From: Candidatus Micrarchaeota archaeon
GTDB taxonomy: Archaea > Micrarchaeota > Micrarchaeia > Norongarragalinales > SBBD01
DNA: 33,317 nt
Direction of reading: 5' to 3'
NCBI GenBank assembly: GCA_038046605.1
Contig: JBBSVW010000069.1
Span: 1-33,317 of the forward strand
The position numbers were made by a program, and so were the translations under genes. The notes under the pieces were generated by a model. It was given only the letters and a program-made list of their open reading frames with translations, searched no databases and was not told the origin of the DNA. Shown here in pieces: positions 16,520 to 24,808 of the stretch (its first letter is position 1; every line of letters starts with the position of its first letter).

Positions 16520-17923
16520 ATGGCAAGCAAGAATTTGTCCCGGATAAAAAATACCCTAACTCCCTTTACCGCATTCCTGATTACTGCGCTAGCCGCCCTG
16601 CTTTTCCTATCCGTCCTTAGGGCATCCTTGTTTACTGAAGTAAACGAGGAAAAGAAAATATGGTTCGAGTTAAGTTTCCTCCTCTTTGCCGCCATTTTGG
16701 CCGAGCTTCTAGTTGTTTATCTAAGGCAACCGACCGTAATGGTGCTTTTGCTTCTTGGCGTTGCCATAAGCCCAAGTGCAATTGAAATATTCTATCCCTT
16801 TGCCTTTGGGCTATTGGTTTTTGCATTTGCCGTATTTGGCGTTGCACTGCAAAGCGCATCACAGCTGCCGCATCTTGTTCCAACTGAGGGTGTTGTTAGG
16901 ATTTTTGCCCAGCTTGGGGCAATCCTTCTGCTCTTCAAGATCGGTCTCCATTCCGAAATAAAGCAAATATTCAATTTGAAAAACCTGATTGTGGGCCTTC
17001 TTGGGGTGGTTATCCCATTTGCAGCAGGTTTTTACTACGCTTCCGTTACGGGGCATGGATTTAGCTATTCCATGTTCCTTGGCGCCGCGCTTACTGCAAC
17101 AAGCGTTGGGGTTACCGTTGCAGTCCTGCAGGAGCTTAAGGCCATGGAAAAGGAATTTGCGAAGGTTATTTTGGGCGCTGCCGTTATTGATGACATATTG
17201 GCGCTTTTGGTGTTGAGCCTGATAAACAACTTTCCAACCGAATTGAACGTGCAAACCTTTTCGCCGCTTTTAATTGTCCTTCTGACCGCTTTCATTTTCG
17301 TGATTGGAGGCATTCTTCTAGGGAAAGCCATTGTAAAAAGATATTTCGACAGGGATTTGGGGGCAAAGGTTATTTCCAATACGGCCTTCCTTGGGATCCT
17401 TGCATATGTGCTTGCCTATTCCCATGCCGCCGAATTCATCGGCCTTTCCGCAATTGTAGGCGCGTTCATTGCAGGAATAACCCTAAATTACAGCAAGCTT
17501 ACTGAAAAGCTCTTTTCCCTCTTTTACCCCCTTGAGGCGTTCTTCACCCCTATATTTTTCATTTCGCTTGGAATGCTGGTTGATATTCCTGCCCTTATGG
17601 AAAATCTTTTCCCGATACTGATCATCACTGCAATTGCCATTCTGACCAAAATCGTCGGCTGCGGCATAGGGGCCTTCCTGACCGGAACTAAATTGAAGGA
17701 GGCAATAGTCATAGGCATTGGCATGGTTCCGCGAGGGGAAATTGCACTCATCATCGGATTGTTCGGGCTCACTGCAATAGGCGCCGATGGCAATTCCATC
17801 CTAACTGATTCCGAATATTCCATCATCGCATCAATGGCATTCATCACGACAATAATCATTCCCTGGCTGCTGAAAAAATCCCTTTCATGGGCAAAAATGG
17901 CAAAAAATGCAAAAATGAAATGA
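16520..17923 (+). CDS. Cation:proton antiporter (CPA2, NapA/KefB-like)
   Basis: About 13 TM segments; ATSVG, AAVIDD, FFISLG, GMVPRGE. Confidence 0.93.
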   Translation: MASKNLSRIKNTLTPFTAFLITALAALLFLSVLRASLFTEVNEEKKIWFELSFLLFAAILAELLVVYLRQPTVMVLLLLGVAISPSAIEIFYPFAFGLLVFAFAVFGVALQSASQLPHLVPTEGVVRIFAQLGAILLLFKIGLHSEIKQIFNLKNLIVGLLGVVIPFAAGFYYASVTGHGFSYSMFLGAALTATSVGVTVAVLQELKAMEKEFAKVILGAAVIDDILALLVLSLINNFPTELNVQTFSPLLIVLLTAFIFVIGGILLGKAIVKRYFDRDLGAKVISNTAFLGILAYVLAYSHAAEFIGLSAIVGAFIAGITLNYSKLTEKLFSLFYPLEAFFTPIFFISLGMLVDIPALMENLFPILIITAIAILTKIVGCGIGAFLTGTKLKEAIVIGIGMVPRGEIALIIGLFGLTAIGADGNSILTDSEYSIIASMAFITTIIIPWLLKKSLSWAKMAKNAKMK

Positions 17924-18022
17924 TAATGATTGGATGATTGGCAATCTAACGCTGGGAAAAGCAAATTCAATTATTCTGCCTCAAATGGAAAAAAGGCTTA
18001 ATGGATCAATGATTGATAATTT

Positions 18023-18235
18023 ATGCCAATAACAGCAAAAAGGTTTATCGTGCTAGGCATTGACTGCGGATCCTGCGCCACCACCATTGAAAAGGCGCTA
18101 CGGAAGATGGATGGGGTAAAGCGGGCCGACCTCAATTACAACACTGCCCGGCTTGAGGTTGAATTCGAGGGAGGCAAGGAGGCGGAAAAGAGGATAATTT
18201 CGAGGGTTCGGGTGCTAGGTTATAAGATTGCGTAA
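18023..18235 (+). CDS. Second stand-alone HMA domain protein
   Basis: GIDCGSC...IEKAL...GV...LGY; 70 aa. Confidence 0.88.
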   Translation: MPITAKRFIVLGIDCGSCATTIEKALRKMDGVKRADLNYNTARLEVEFEGGKEAEKRIISRVRVLGYKIA

Positions 18236-18240
18236 TCAAC

Positions 18241-18552
18241 TCATTTTCTTTCCAAATTTTTCCGGTATTGCTCATGATGGCTCCATATGTCCTCTGCGGT
18301 TTCAATGGCTTTGTGCCTTGGCAATACCCTATCGGAATGGATGTGCAAAAGGGCAGCAAATGAGCTTATTGCCCTATCGGCCTGATTTTCAGGGGTCGAT
18401 ATCAGTATGCGAAAGCTTTCACTCACCTTTCTTTTAATCTCCGAATTTTGGGCAATATTTGTAAGGAGTTCGTTCATTCCCTTGATATGCCTCTTGCTAT
18501 GGAGATGAAACATCGCATCTCCCTGCCCTCCGGCGATCCATGCCATAATCAT
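18241..18552 (-). CDS. Hypothetical protein
   Basis: 103-aa ORF overlapping the upstream ORF via ATGA; no motif recognised. Confidence 0.45.
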   Translation of the reverse strand: MIMAWIAGGQGDAMFHLHSKRHIKGMNELLTNIAQNSEIKRKVSESFRILISTPENQADRAISSFAALLHIHSDRVLPRHKAIETAEDIWSHHEQYRKNLERK

Positions 18553-19304
18553 TCTCCTTTCGTCAATCTATATCCGACGAACATTTTTGGAAATATCTGC
18601 TCGAGCACTGGGCTAAATCCCCTCCTGTTTAGGTTTGAAATTTTCCTTGCAATAGCCTTAGGATTGGGATTTCCCGTAAATACCGGCTTTAAAGCATCGA
18701 TTGCCTCGGGATGGTACTCCGCTTCGCCATTCAATGTTCTCTTCAAGTATTTACGGTATTCCTTTGTTAATACTTTTGCGAATTCAGTTGGATCCTTTGG
18801 TTGAGGATGGTCTGCTGGTTCCCCTTCATGAGTTAATGGTATAACTTTGTAACCCGCGTTTTCCGATTGTTTTATTAGGCGATTGAAAGCGGATGGATGG
18901 AAAAATAGTGAAGAGGGAAAAATCGTGATTTCATGGAAATCCTCAGTTTTAGGAATTTGGAGATGATCTTTTAACTGTGTTAAACCCCTTGAAATGAGGT
19001 AAAAAATTGAAACTGGCGTGACTGGGGTAATAAGGGGCTTTTCAGTTGGTAAGCCAAAAGTGTCCAAATTCAAGCTATGCCGATACCTCCCCGTTGGCAA
19101 AACCTCCCTTTCATATGCGTATTGTGCGGAAAATGATGTAGGATGCGCCAAGACAAAATCATTATAGGGTTTTGAGCTTACAAGGAGGCGCGAGGATTTG
19201 CTAGCCTTCGAGGCAGCGTGCGGATACACCGTTATCCTATCCTCGTGAAAAACCATATTGCCCCTTTGTTTCATATAGCTAGCCTCGTTCATAAAATAAT
19301 TCAA
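18549..19304 (-). CDS. Hypothetical protein (start uncertain)
   Basis: 251-aa ORF filling the gap; no motif recognised. Confidence 0.6.
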   Translation of the reverse strand: MNYFMNEASYMKQRGNMVFHEDRITVYPHAASKASKSSRLLVSSKPYNDFVLAHPTSFSAQYAYEREVLPTGRYRHSLNLDTFGLPTEKPLITPVTPVSIFYLISRGLTQLKDHLQIPKTEDFHEITIFPSSLFFHPSAFNRLIKQSENAGYKVIPLTHEGEPADHPQPKDPTEFAKVLTKEYRKYLKRTLNGEAEYHPEAIDALKPVFTGNPNPKAIARKISNLNRRGFSPVLEQIFPKMFVGYRLTKGE

Positions 19305-19342
19305 TGTTGAAAGATAATTAAATACCCCTGATTAATGGTTTC

Positions 19343-20161
19343 ATGGCAAATTTGATGGTAGGAGATCGCGATGTACGAAAAATAAGCATCCCTGCAAAAA
19401 ATTCCCACAAGGGGCAAAATGGCATACTTACCATAATTGGCGGCAGCACGAAATACCATGGGGCGCCTCTCCTAGCAATCAAGGCCGCGAGCCGGTTTGT
19501 CGATTTGCTCTATTTCCATTCACCGGAAAAAAGCAACATGGAGCTTTTGCATTTCCTCAAAGGGCATAAGTGCACTTTCATTGGAATTGATGCGAAGGAG
19601 CTGGATAAAACCATCCAAAAATCCGATTGCGTGCTGATTGGGAACGGAATGGAAATCAACCCGGCGAATAAAAAATTGCTCAACTCCCTCCTGAAAAAAT
19701 ACTCCAAAAAGAAGAAGTTTGTGCTGGACGCGGGAGCGCTGCACATGGTGGATAAGAAATTGTTGAATTCCAACGTCATCATTACCCCCCACATTCTGGA
19801 ATTCTACGCGCTTTTTGGGAAAAATGCAAATAAGGCAAGTGCGCCCGGAATGGCTAAAAAATACGGCTGCATCGTTCTCCTCAAGCACCCCGATGGTGAT
19901 CTGATTTCTGATGGGAAATCCCTCTTCATCAACCAAACCGGGAACGAGGGGATGACAAAGGGCGGGACCGGCGATACACTGGCAGGCCTGTGCGCGGCGC
20001 TCGCGTGCAAAAACAGCTTATTCCTGGCTGCCAAATGCGCCGCCTACCTTAATGGTCTCGCTGGCGACCTGCTGAAGAAGGAACGCGGAGTGCATTTCGA
20101 TGCGGATGATCTGGCGGACTATTTTGGGGTTGCATTCGAGATGGCACTGGAGAAAAAATAA
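19343..20161 (+). CDS. nnrD: ADP-dependent NAD(P)H-hydrate dehydratase (YjeF C-terminal domain)
   Basis: SHKGQNG, IGGS..YHGAP, IGNG, VLDAGAL, ITPH..EF, KGGTGDTLAG. Confidence 0.93.
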   Translation: MANLMVGDRDVRKISIPAKNSHKGQNGILTIIGGSTKYHGAPLLAIKAASRFVDLLYFHSPEKSNMELLHFLKGHKCTFIGIDAKELDKTIQKSDCVLIGNGMEINPANKKLLNSLLKKYSKKKKFVLDAGALHMVDKKLLNSNVIITPHILEFYALFGKNANKASAPGMAKKYGCIVLLKHPDGDLISDGKSLFINQTGNEGMTKGGTGDTLAGLCAALACKNSLFLAAKCAAYLNGLAGDLLKKERGVHFDADDLADYFGVAFEMALEKK

Positions 20162-20189
20162 AGGTAATTAGGGCATTTTCGGAGGTCAT

Positions 20190-20242
20190 AGAGGTAAAAA
20201 CAGCACAAAAAGCCTTGAATTGCGTGTTTTTTAAGCAATCAC
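20190..20242. repeat. Dispersed repeat, copy B (copy A at 1-54)
   Basis: See copy A; immediately preceded by CAT (a minus-strand ATG at 20189). Confidence 0.85.
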
Positions 20243-20522
20243 GTAAATTTTTTTGTCAGCCACCATAACATCAAGCAATAACGCCCCTTCAATAAATAGT
20301 CAATAACTATAGCGAATAAGGCAATTATTGGAACTTTTTGTTGCCTTATTCTAATATAGCGGTCATATTTGATTGTTCCATTATTTTACTTAACCGCTAT
20401 ATAACCAACCCATCAGCTCCGCATCCCAACATAAAAGGTAATATCAATTGAGATTGAAGCGCTTTAAATTGATTTGGATATATACAACTTTCGCTCTGCA
20501 CCAATTTAAAAAACTCTTCAAA

Positions 20523-20783
20523 TTATCCCATCGCCTTCCTATACGCTTGATGCACCGCCGGCGTCAATTTCCAAACCCGGCTATTCTTCTGCCCCTTCTC
20601 AAAGCTCACTAGCTTCTTTCCATGCACATTTTCCAGGAGCCTTGAAACGAAATGGTTGTTTCTGCCTATCGCAATTGAAATCTGCCTTATTGTGCATTCC
20701 TCAGGAAACCCATAATTATCGTAAAGGTAGCCAAGTATCTGCTCCATCACTTTGGTTTCGGTTTGGGGGGAGACTTTGGACAT
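20523..20783 (-). CDS. Small winged-helix DNA-binding protein, coupled to AbiEii via TAATG
   Basis: ILGYL...TIRQISIAIGRNNHFVSRLLE...KKLVS...VWKL. Confidence 0.75.
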   Translation of the reverse strand: MSKVSPQTETKVMEQILGYLYDNYGFPEECTIRQISIAIGRNNHFVSRLLENVHGKKLVSFEKGQKNSRVWKLTPAVHQAYRKAMG

Positions 20784-20786
20784 TAT
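20739..20786. repeat. Cassette-junction repeat copy 1 (5' end of the small HTH gene)
   Basis: 47/48 identical to 22914-22961. Confidence 0.95.
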
Positions 20787-21937
20787 TTCACTTCTTTATA
20801 CCAAATGGAATTCAAAAGGTTTTGAGCTGCATATGCAATTTGTTCATTGGGGTCATTCTTTAGTTTCTCCAACCGTTTTTCGATGTTTTGTACCTTCCCA
20901 TTCGCCAAACTGCTTGCCGAGACAAGAGACTGGAGAAGGTTTAAACCAAATACTACTTTCGTAGGGTTACTCTGCTTTGTTAGTGCAATTGCCACATCAA
21001 TTACTGGGGCTATTGCCCTCTCATTTTTTGCTGCTATCCGTGCCAAAGTTAAGATATGGGTGTGCGTTTCATCTCCAACTTCAATTTTGTAAGCTAATTC
21101 CATCCCTTCGATGTACTGCTGTATCTCATCCGTCACTTCATCGAAATCTGGCAATTCGTTATCCTTTACTAAATGTTCCAGGCTGGATTTCCAATACTTT
21201 TGCGCTTCCCGCAGTTTGGAAGAGGTCATGAAATTCGGGTTGTAGGTGAAATTGTTGCTGCTGCACTTCTTTATTATGAAAGGGCGCAATTCCAGCAAAT
21301 CAAAGTTCCCTTCGCGGAGAAGCCTCCAAACATCATAAAAGTCCCGGGCCTTGCCCCTATCCATCATGGCGCATACTTTCTCAACCATAATTTCTTTTAG
21401 GGGATATGAGAGCACTTTGATTGGCGGAATATCGGGGTAATCACCCTGCAGTTCCCTTGTTTCCGGTTCAAAGAGCAACTTTTCAGAAAATTTCAGGTCG
21501 AATTTTACCCTTCCAATGAAAACATCAACTTTGTACTGGATGTCGGACGAGATCATACCCGGATTGGCATGATAATCATCCAATTTCAAGTAAATGCCGC
21601 TCTCCTCATTCAAATCTTTCAACACAATATCCTCCAAAAATTGCTTCAGGCCCCAGTTTTTCCTTCCTGAAAGCATCTCGCCAACCTGTTCAAGCTGGGG
21701 ATTTTCAATGCCGATAAAACTGAAGTCCAGGTCCTCGGATAATCGCCATACCTGCGGAAAGTGCACTTTTCTTATTGATGTCCCGCCTTTGAAAACGAGA
21801 TGCTTATGCATCGGGTATTTTTGCGAATAGAATCCCTTTAGGAGCCATTCCAGGACATAATCCTTTGCCAGGGCCTCTGCACTTATGCCACGTTCCTTTG
21901 CAAGTCGGGTTATTTCAAGTTTAGTAAGCACGGACAT
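20783..21937 (-). CDS. AbiEii-family nucleotidyltransferase toxin (type IV TA) with a ~105-aa C-terminal helical extension
   Basis: KDY, FKGGTSIRK, RLSEDLDF, EKV, RDFYD. Confidence 0.9.
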   Translation of the reverse strand: MSVLTKLEITRLAKERGISAEALAKDYVLEWLLKGFYSQKYPMHKHLVFKGGTSIRKVHFPQVWRLSEDLDFSFIGIENPQLEQVGEMLSGRKNWGLKQFLEDIVLKDLNEESGIYLKLDDYHANPGMISSDIQYKVDVFIGRVKFDLKFSEKLLFEPETRELQGDYPDIPPIKVLSYPLKEIMVEKVCAMMDRGKARDFYDVWRLLREGNFDLLELRPFIIKKCSSNNFTYNPNFMTSSKLREAQKYWKSSLEHLVKDNELPDFDEVTDEIQQYIEGMELAYKIEVGDETHTHILTLARIAAKNERAIAPVIDVAIALTKQSNPTKVVFGLNLLQSLVSASSLANGKVQNIEKRLEKLKNDPNEQIAYAAQNLLNSIWYKEVK

Positions 21938-22760
21938 CTCCCTTTAAGGTTTTTTCATCGACATTTATTAGAAGCTTCCATTTGTAAGAATATTTCCCTT
22001 TCGGGCCTAGAATTGGATCGAGCTTCGAATATCCCTTTCCCTTGTTCCTTATTGAACGCAATACTTTTTCTGAAAACGGGTTCCCCACCAATTCAAGAAG
22101 GAAACCGAACCTTTTCAAAGCGGAAACGTTTCCCAATTTCTTCCCATACTCTAGCACTTTTTCAGCGGAAAAGTCGATTTTTCCCTTGAATGCCTTCAAC
22201 ACCTCCTCAATGCCGCCGCAGTATTCCGGATGATCCAGGCAATCAATTATTGTTTTTTCCTTGTCAGAAACGATTACTTTGGTGTCGCCGAAATTTTTTT
22301 CCCTGGTCCCGAAAAACTTTTTCTTTGAAATTGTGATGAACTTGAACCTGCCCGCCATTATCTTCCTGTTTTTTACCCTCTTGGTTGTTGCAATAAATGT
22401 AGTAAAAGGCACCTGCTCTGTGAAGCCGTAGCTGTTCAGCATGCTCCAATATCCGATATAATAGGGTTCGGCAAGCCTTGACCCTAACACAAAGTCGTAA
22501 TCTGTATGCGTTCCTTCCGTTCCAGCCGATAAAGGGACGATCAGATACTGCCCCCGGACCAACTGGACGAGCCATTTCTTTTTTACAAGCCTGTTCGCGG
22601 TCTTGGTTGCATTGGCGTAACTTATGGGGAAGGAGCCAAGGATGTCCTTGATTGTGATTACCGACCTGCCTTTGGCTGAAAGTTTCGACAGGAGGTACGT
22701 TTCCTTCTTCGACAGCCCTTCTCTTATATTCTTTGTATTTTTGATGACACTTTCTGACAT
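21921..22760 (-). CDS. AbiEi-family antitoxin / transcriptional regulator
   Basis: N-terminal wHTH, RGQYLIVP, PYYIGYWS, YGFTEQVP, SDKEKTIIDCL, KRFGFLLE. Confidence 0.9.
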   Translation of the reverse strand: MSESVIKNTKNIREGLSKKETYLLSKLSAKGRSVITIKDILGSFPISYANATKTANRLVKKKWLVQLVRGQYLIVPLSAGTEGTHTDYDFVLGSRLAEPYYIGYWSMLNSYGFTEQVPFTTFIATTKRVKNRKIMAGRFKFITISKKKFFGTREKNFGDTKVIVSDKEKTIIDCLDHPEYCGGIEEVLKAFKGKIDFSAEKVLEYGKKLGNVSALKRFGFLLELVGNPFSEKVLRSIRNKGKGYSKLDPILGPKGKYSYKWKLLINVDEKTLKGDVRAY

Positions 22761-22859
22761 GAGTAGTACATAAAATATAAAGATTTAAAAGGGTTTTGGA
22801 AGTTCACTTCGGCTGCCTTGGCTATTTGTCAGATAACTTGATTATATGACAATTTTGCC

Positions 22860-22958
22860 TTAGAGCGATATCCTTGCAAGCTTTAGCTCCGGCGCAACAA
22901 AGGGCCGGCGCAGCTGCTCCATTACTTTGGTTTCGGTTTGGGGGGAGACTTTGGACAT
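22860..22958 (-). pseudogene. Truncated copy of the small HTH gene (contains junction repeat copy 2, 22914-22961)
   Basis: MSKVSPQTETKVMEQ followed by unrelated LRRPFVAPELKLARISL*; TAATG-coupled to the second AbiEii. Confidence 0.8.
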
Positions 22959-23803
22959 TATAGACCATCCTTTAGGGACTTTTTCAAACCATCAATTAAC
23001 CCCCAGTTGAAATAGCCACTCCCTAGCAACGAATCTTTTAGTTCAGCAATTAATTTGTCAAAATCCGGCAGCTTTTTGACCTGCCCGCCCACTTGTTTCT
23101 CATAATAGGCTTTGGATGACTCAACTTTGCTTGTTTCGAACATGCCGGCAATTCCGGTAAATTCGATATTTTTGTACTTAACTTTTTTATCAAATATTTG
23201 CCGCACTTCTTTAAAGTCGATACGGCTTTTCGCTTTGGTCATAAGATACCAACAGTCATAGTAATCCCTTACCCTGTTCCGTTGTAGCAGTGATCTTAAT
23301 TTTTCAGCAAGTATTTCTTCAAGCGAATAAACCAGGATTTCGAATTTTTTATCATAATATGAATTGATTACCTTCCTTTGCTCGGGTTCACCAACCAAAA
23401 CCTCATCAGAGGAAACATCAATTGTGATCGTATTCTTCTGACCCTGCAAACCCATGAATTGGACTTTAATATCGGAGAACCACTCGCGCTTGTAAACACT
23501 CTTGATATTGAAGCTTGCGTTGTATTCCTTCTTGAGATATTCGAAAATTCCTTCTAAACTGGCCTTAAGCTCGCTTTCAGTTATTTTCTCCTTCAGCATG
23601 AAATCCAGGTCTTCAGAATAGCGATAATTCTCGAAATAGATTTTCCTTAAGGCCGTACCGCCCTTGAAAATCAGGGCCTTTCGTAATTTTGGGGTATTGG
23701 CTACCCCGTCAAGAAGCAAGGTAAGGAAGTAGTCCTTTTCTACTGTATTCCATAAAACCCCCTCTTCTTTTGAGATTTTTGTAACTATTTGAGGTAAGAT
23801 CAT
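22958..23803 (-). CDS. AbiEii-family nucleotidyltransferase toxin, second copy
   Basis: EKDY, FKGGTALRK, RYSEDLDF, AEKLRS, RVRDYYD. Confidence 0.92.
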   Translation of the reverse strand: MILPQIVTKISKEEGVLWNTVEKDYFLTLLLDGVANTPKLRKALIFKGGTALRKIYFENYRYSEDLDFMLKEKITESELKASLEGIFEYLKKEYNASFNIKSVYKREWFSDIKVQFMGLQGQKNTITIDVSSDEVLVGEPEQRKVINSYYDKKFEILVYSLEEILAEKLRSLLQRNRVRDYYDCWYLMTKAKSRIDFKEVRQIFDKKVKYKNIEFTGIAGMFETSKVESSKAYYEKQVGGQVKKLPDFDKLIAELKDSLLGSGYFNWGLIDGLKKSLKDGL

Positions 23804-24612
23804 AATTCAAGTTTCAGCTCTTTTAATGGTATATTCTCAATTATTTTCCATTTCTTATCCTTCCTGCCACCCTTCGGCCCGCCGGTGTCAAGAAGGCAAT
23901 ACCCGCCCCCGACCCTCTTTAGGAGTTTATCCTTTATTGGCGTTTCTATTTTCAACCCATCAAGCAAAAATCCAAGGCGCTTTACTACTGCGGGATTTTC
24001 CATTTTTAAGGCATAATCATACAGCTTATCAAAATCGAGCTTTTCCCGAAATGCCTTGACAACTTCGGTCATTCCTTTCGAATATTTTGGGAGGAAGAGG
24101 CAGTCGATCAGCGTTTTTTCCTTATCTGAAATCCTGATTTTAGTATTCTTTACCCATTCCTCCGTAATCCCGAAGAAGCGTTTTTTAGGCACGGAAACAA
24201 AACGATATTCCTGCCCCTGGAAATGCATTGGCCGCCTGCGCTTTGTTGATGCGATGAAAAGCGTTTCATTTGGCTGTTCGGAAATCCCATAATGGTTAAG
24301 TGCGGTAAAAAATCCGATGTAATAGGGCGAGATAAGTTTGCCCGCAAGCAGAAATGGATGCATTCCATATTCGCCCTTGGGCCCGGCTTCAATTGGGATT
24401 ATGATATATTTTCCGCGTTCTATGCGTTCAACCCATTTGCTCTTGTGCAAATCGTGCAAAAGCTTCCTCAATTTACCGCTTTTGAAACCAGACGCCGCGG
24501 CTGCCTCCGCCATATTGAATATTTCCTTTCCGTTTGCGCTCAAGCTTGAAAGTAGCCTAATTCCCTGCGAACTTACACCCCGCCTGATTCTGGGCTTATG
24601 TTTTGTGTGCAT
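23800..24612 (-). CDS. AbiEi-family antitoxin, second copy
   Basis: RGKYIIIP, PYYIGF, YGISEQP, SDKEKTLIDCL, KRLGFLLD; ATGA overlap with the toxin gene. Confidence 0.9.
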   Translation of the reverse strand: MHTKHKPRIRRGVSSQGIRLLSSLSANGKEIFNMAEAAAASGFKSGKLRKLLHDLHKSKWVERIERGKYIIIPIEAGPKGEYGMHPFLLAGKLISPYYIGFFTALNHYGISEQPNETLFIASTKRRRPMHFQGQEYRFVSVPKKRFFGITEEWVKNTKIRISDKEKTLIDCLFLPKYSKGMTEVVKAFREKLDFDKLYDYALKMENPAVVKRLGFLLDGLKIETPIKDKLLKRVGGGYCLLDTGGPKGGRKDKKWKIIENIPLKELKLEL

Positions 24613-24709
24613 ATTATGTCAGTTTTAGTAACTTAAGCAACATGAATATTTAAGTAAACATAATTACTTTTATAGTAACTATACGCGCATAGATATATTT
24701 AAGCATTTT

Positions 24710-24734
24710 GGTTGGGGGGAGAGACTTTGGACAT
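24710..24734. repeat. Cassette-junction repeat copy 3 (degenerate)
   Basis: GGTTGGGGGGAGAGACTTTGGACAT vs GGTTTGGGGGGAGACTTTGGACAT; reads MSKVSPPNQNA* on the minus strand. Confidence 0.8.
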
Positions 24735-24808
24735 AAAAATCAGCAAATTCCTATGTGGCGCATTTGAGCGATCCGCAGCAAATTTTAAGCGTATTTTGTG
24801 GGGTTGCC

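Noticed and set aside
20739-24734. CRISPR array or classical integron attC sites
   Set aside because: The repeats are kilobases apart, non-palindromic and protein-coding; no cas or intI gene is present
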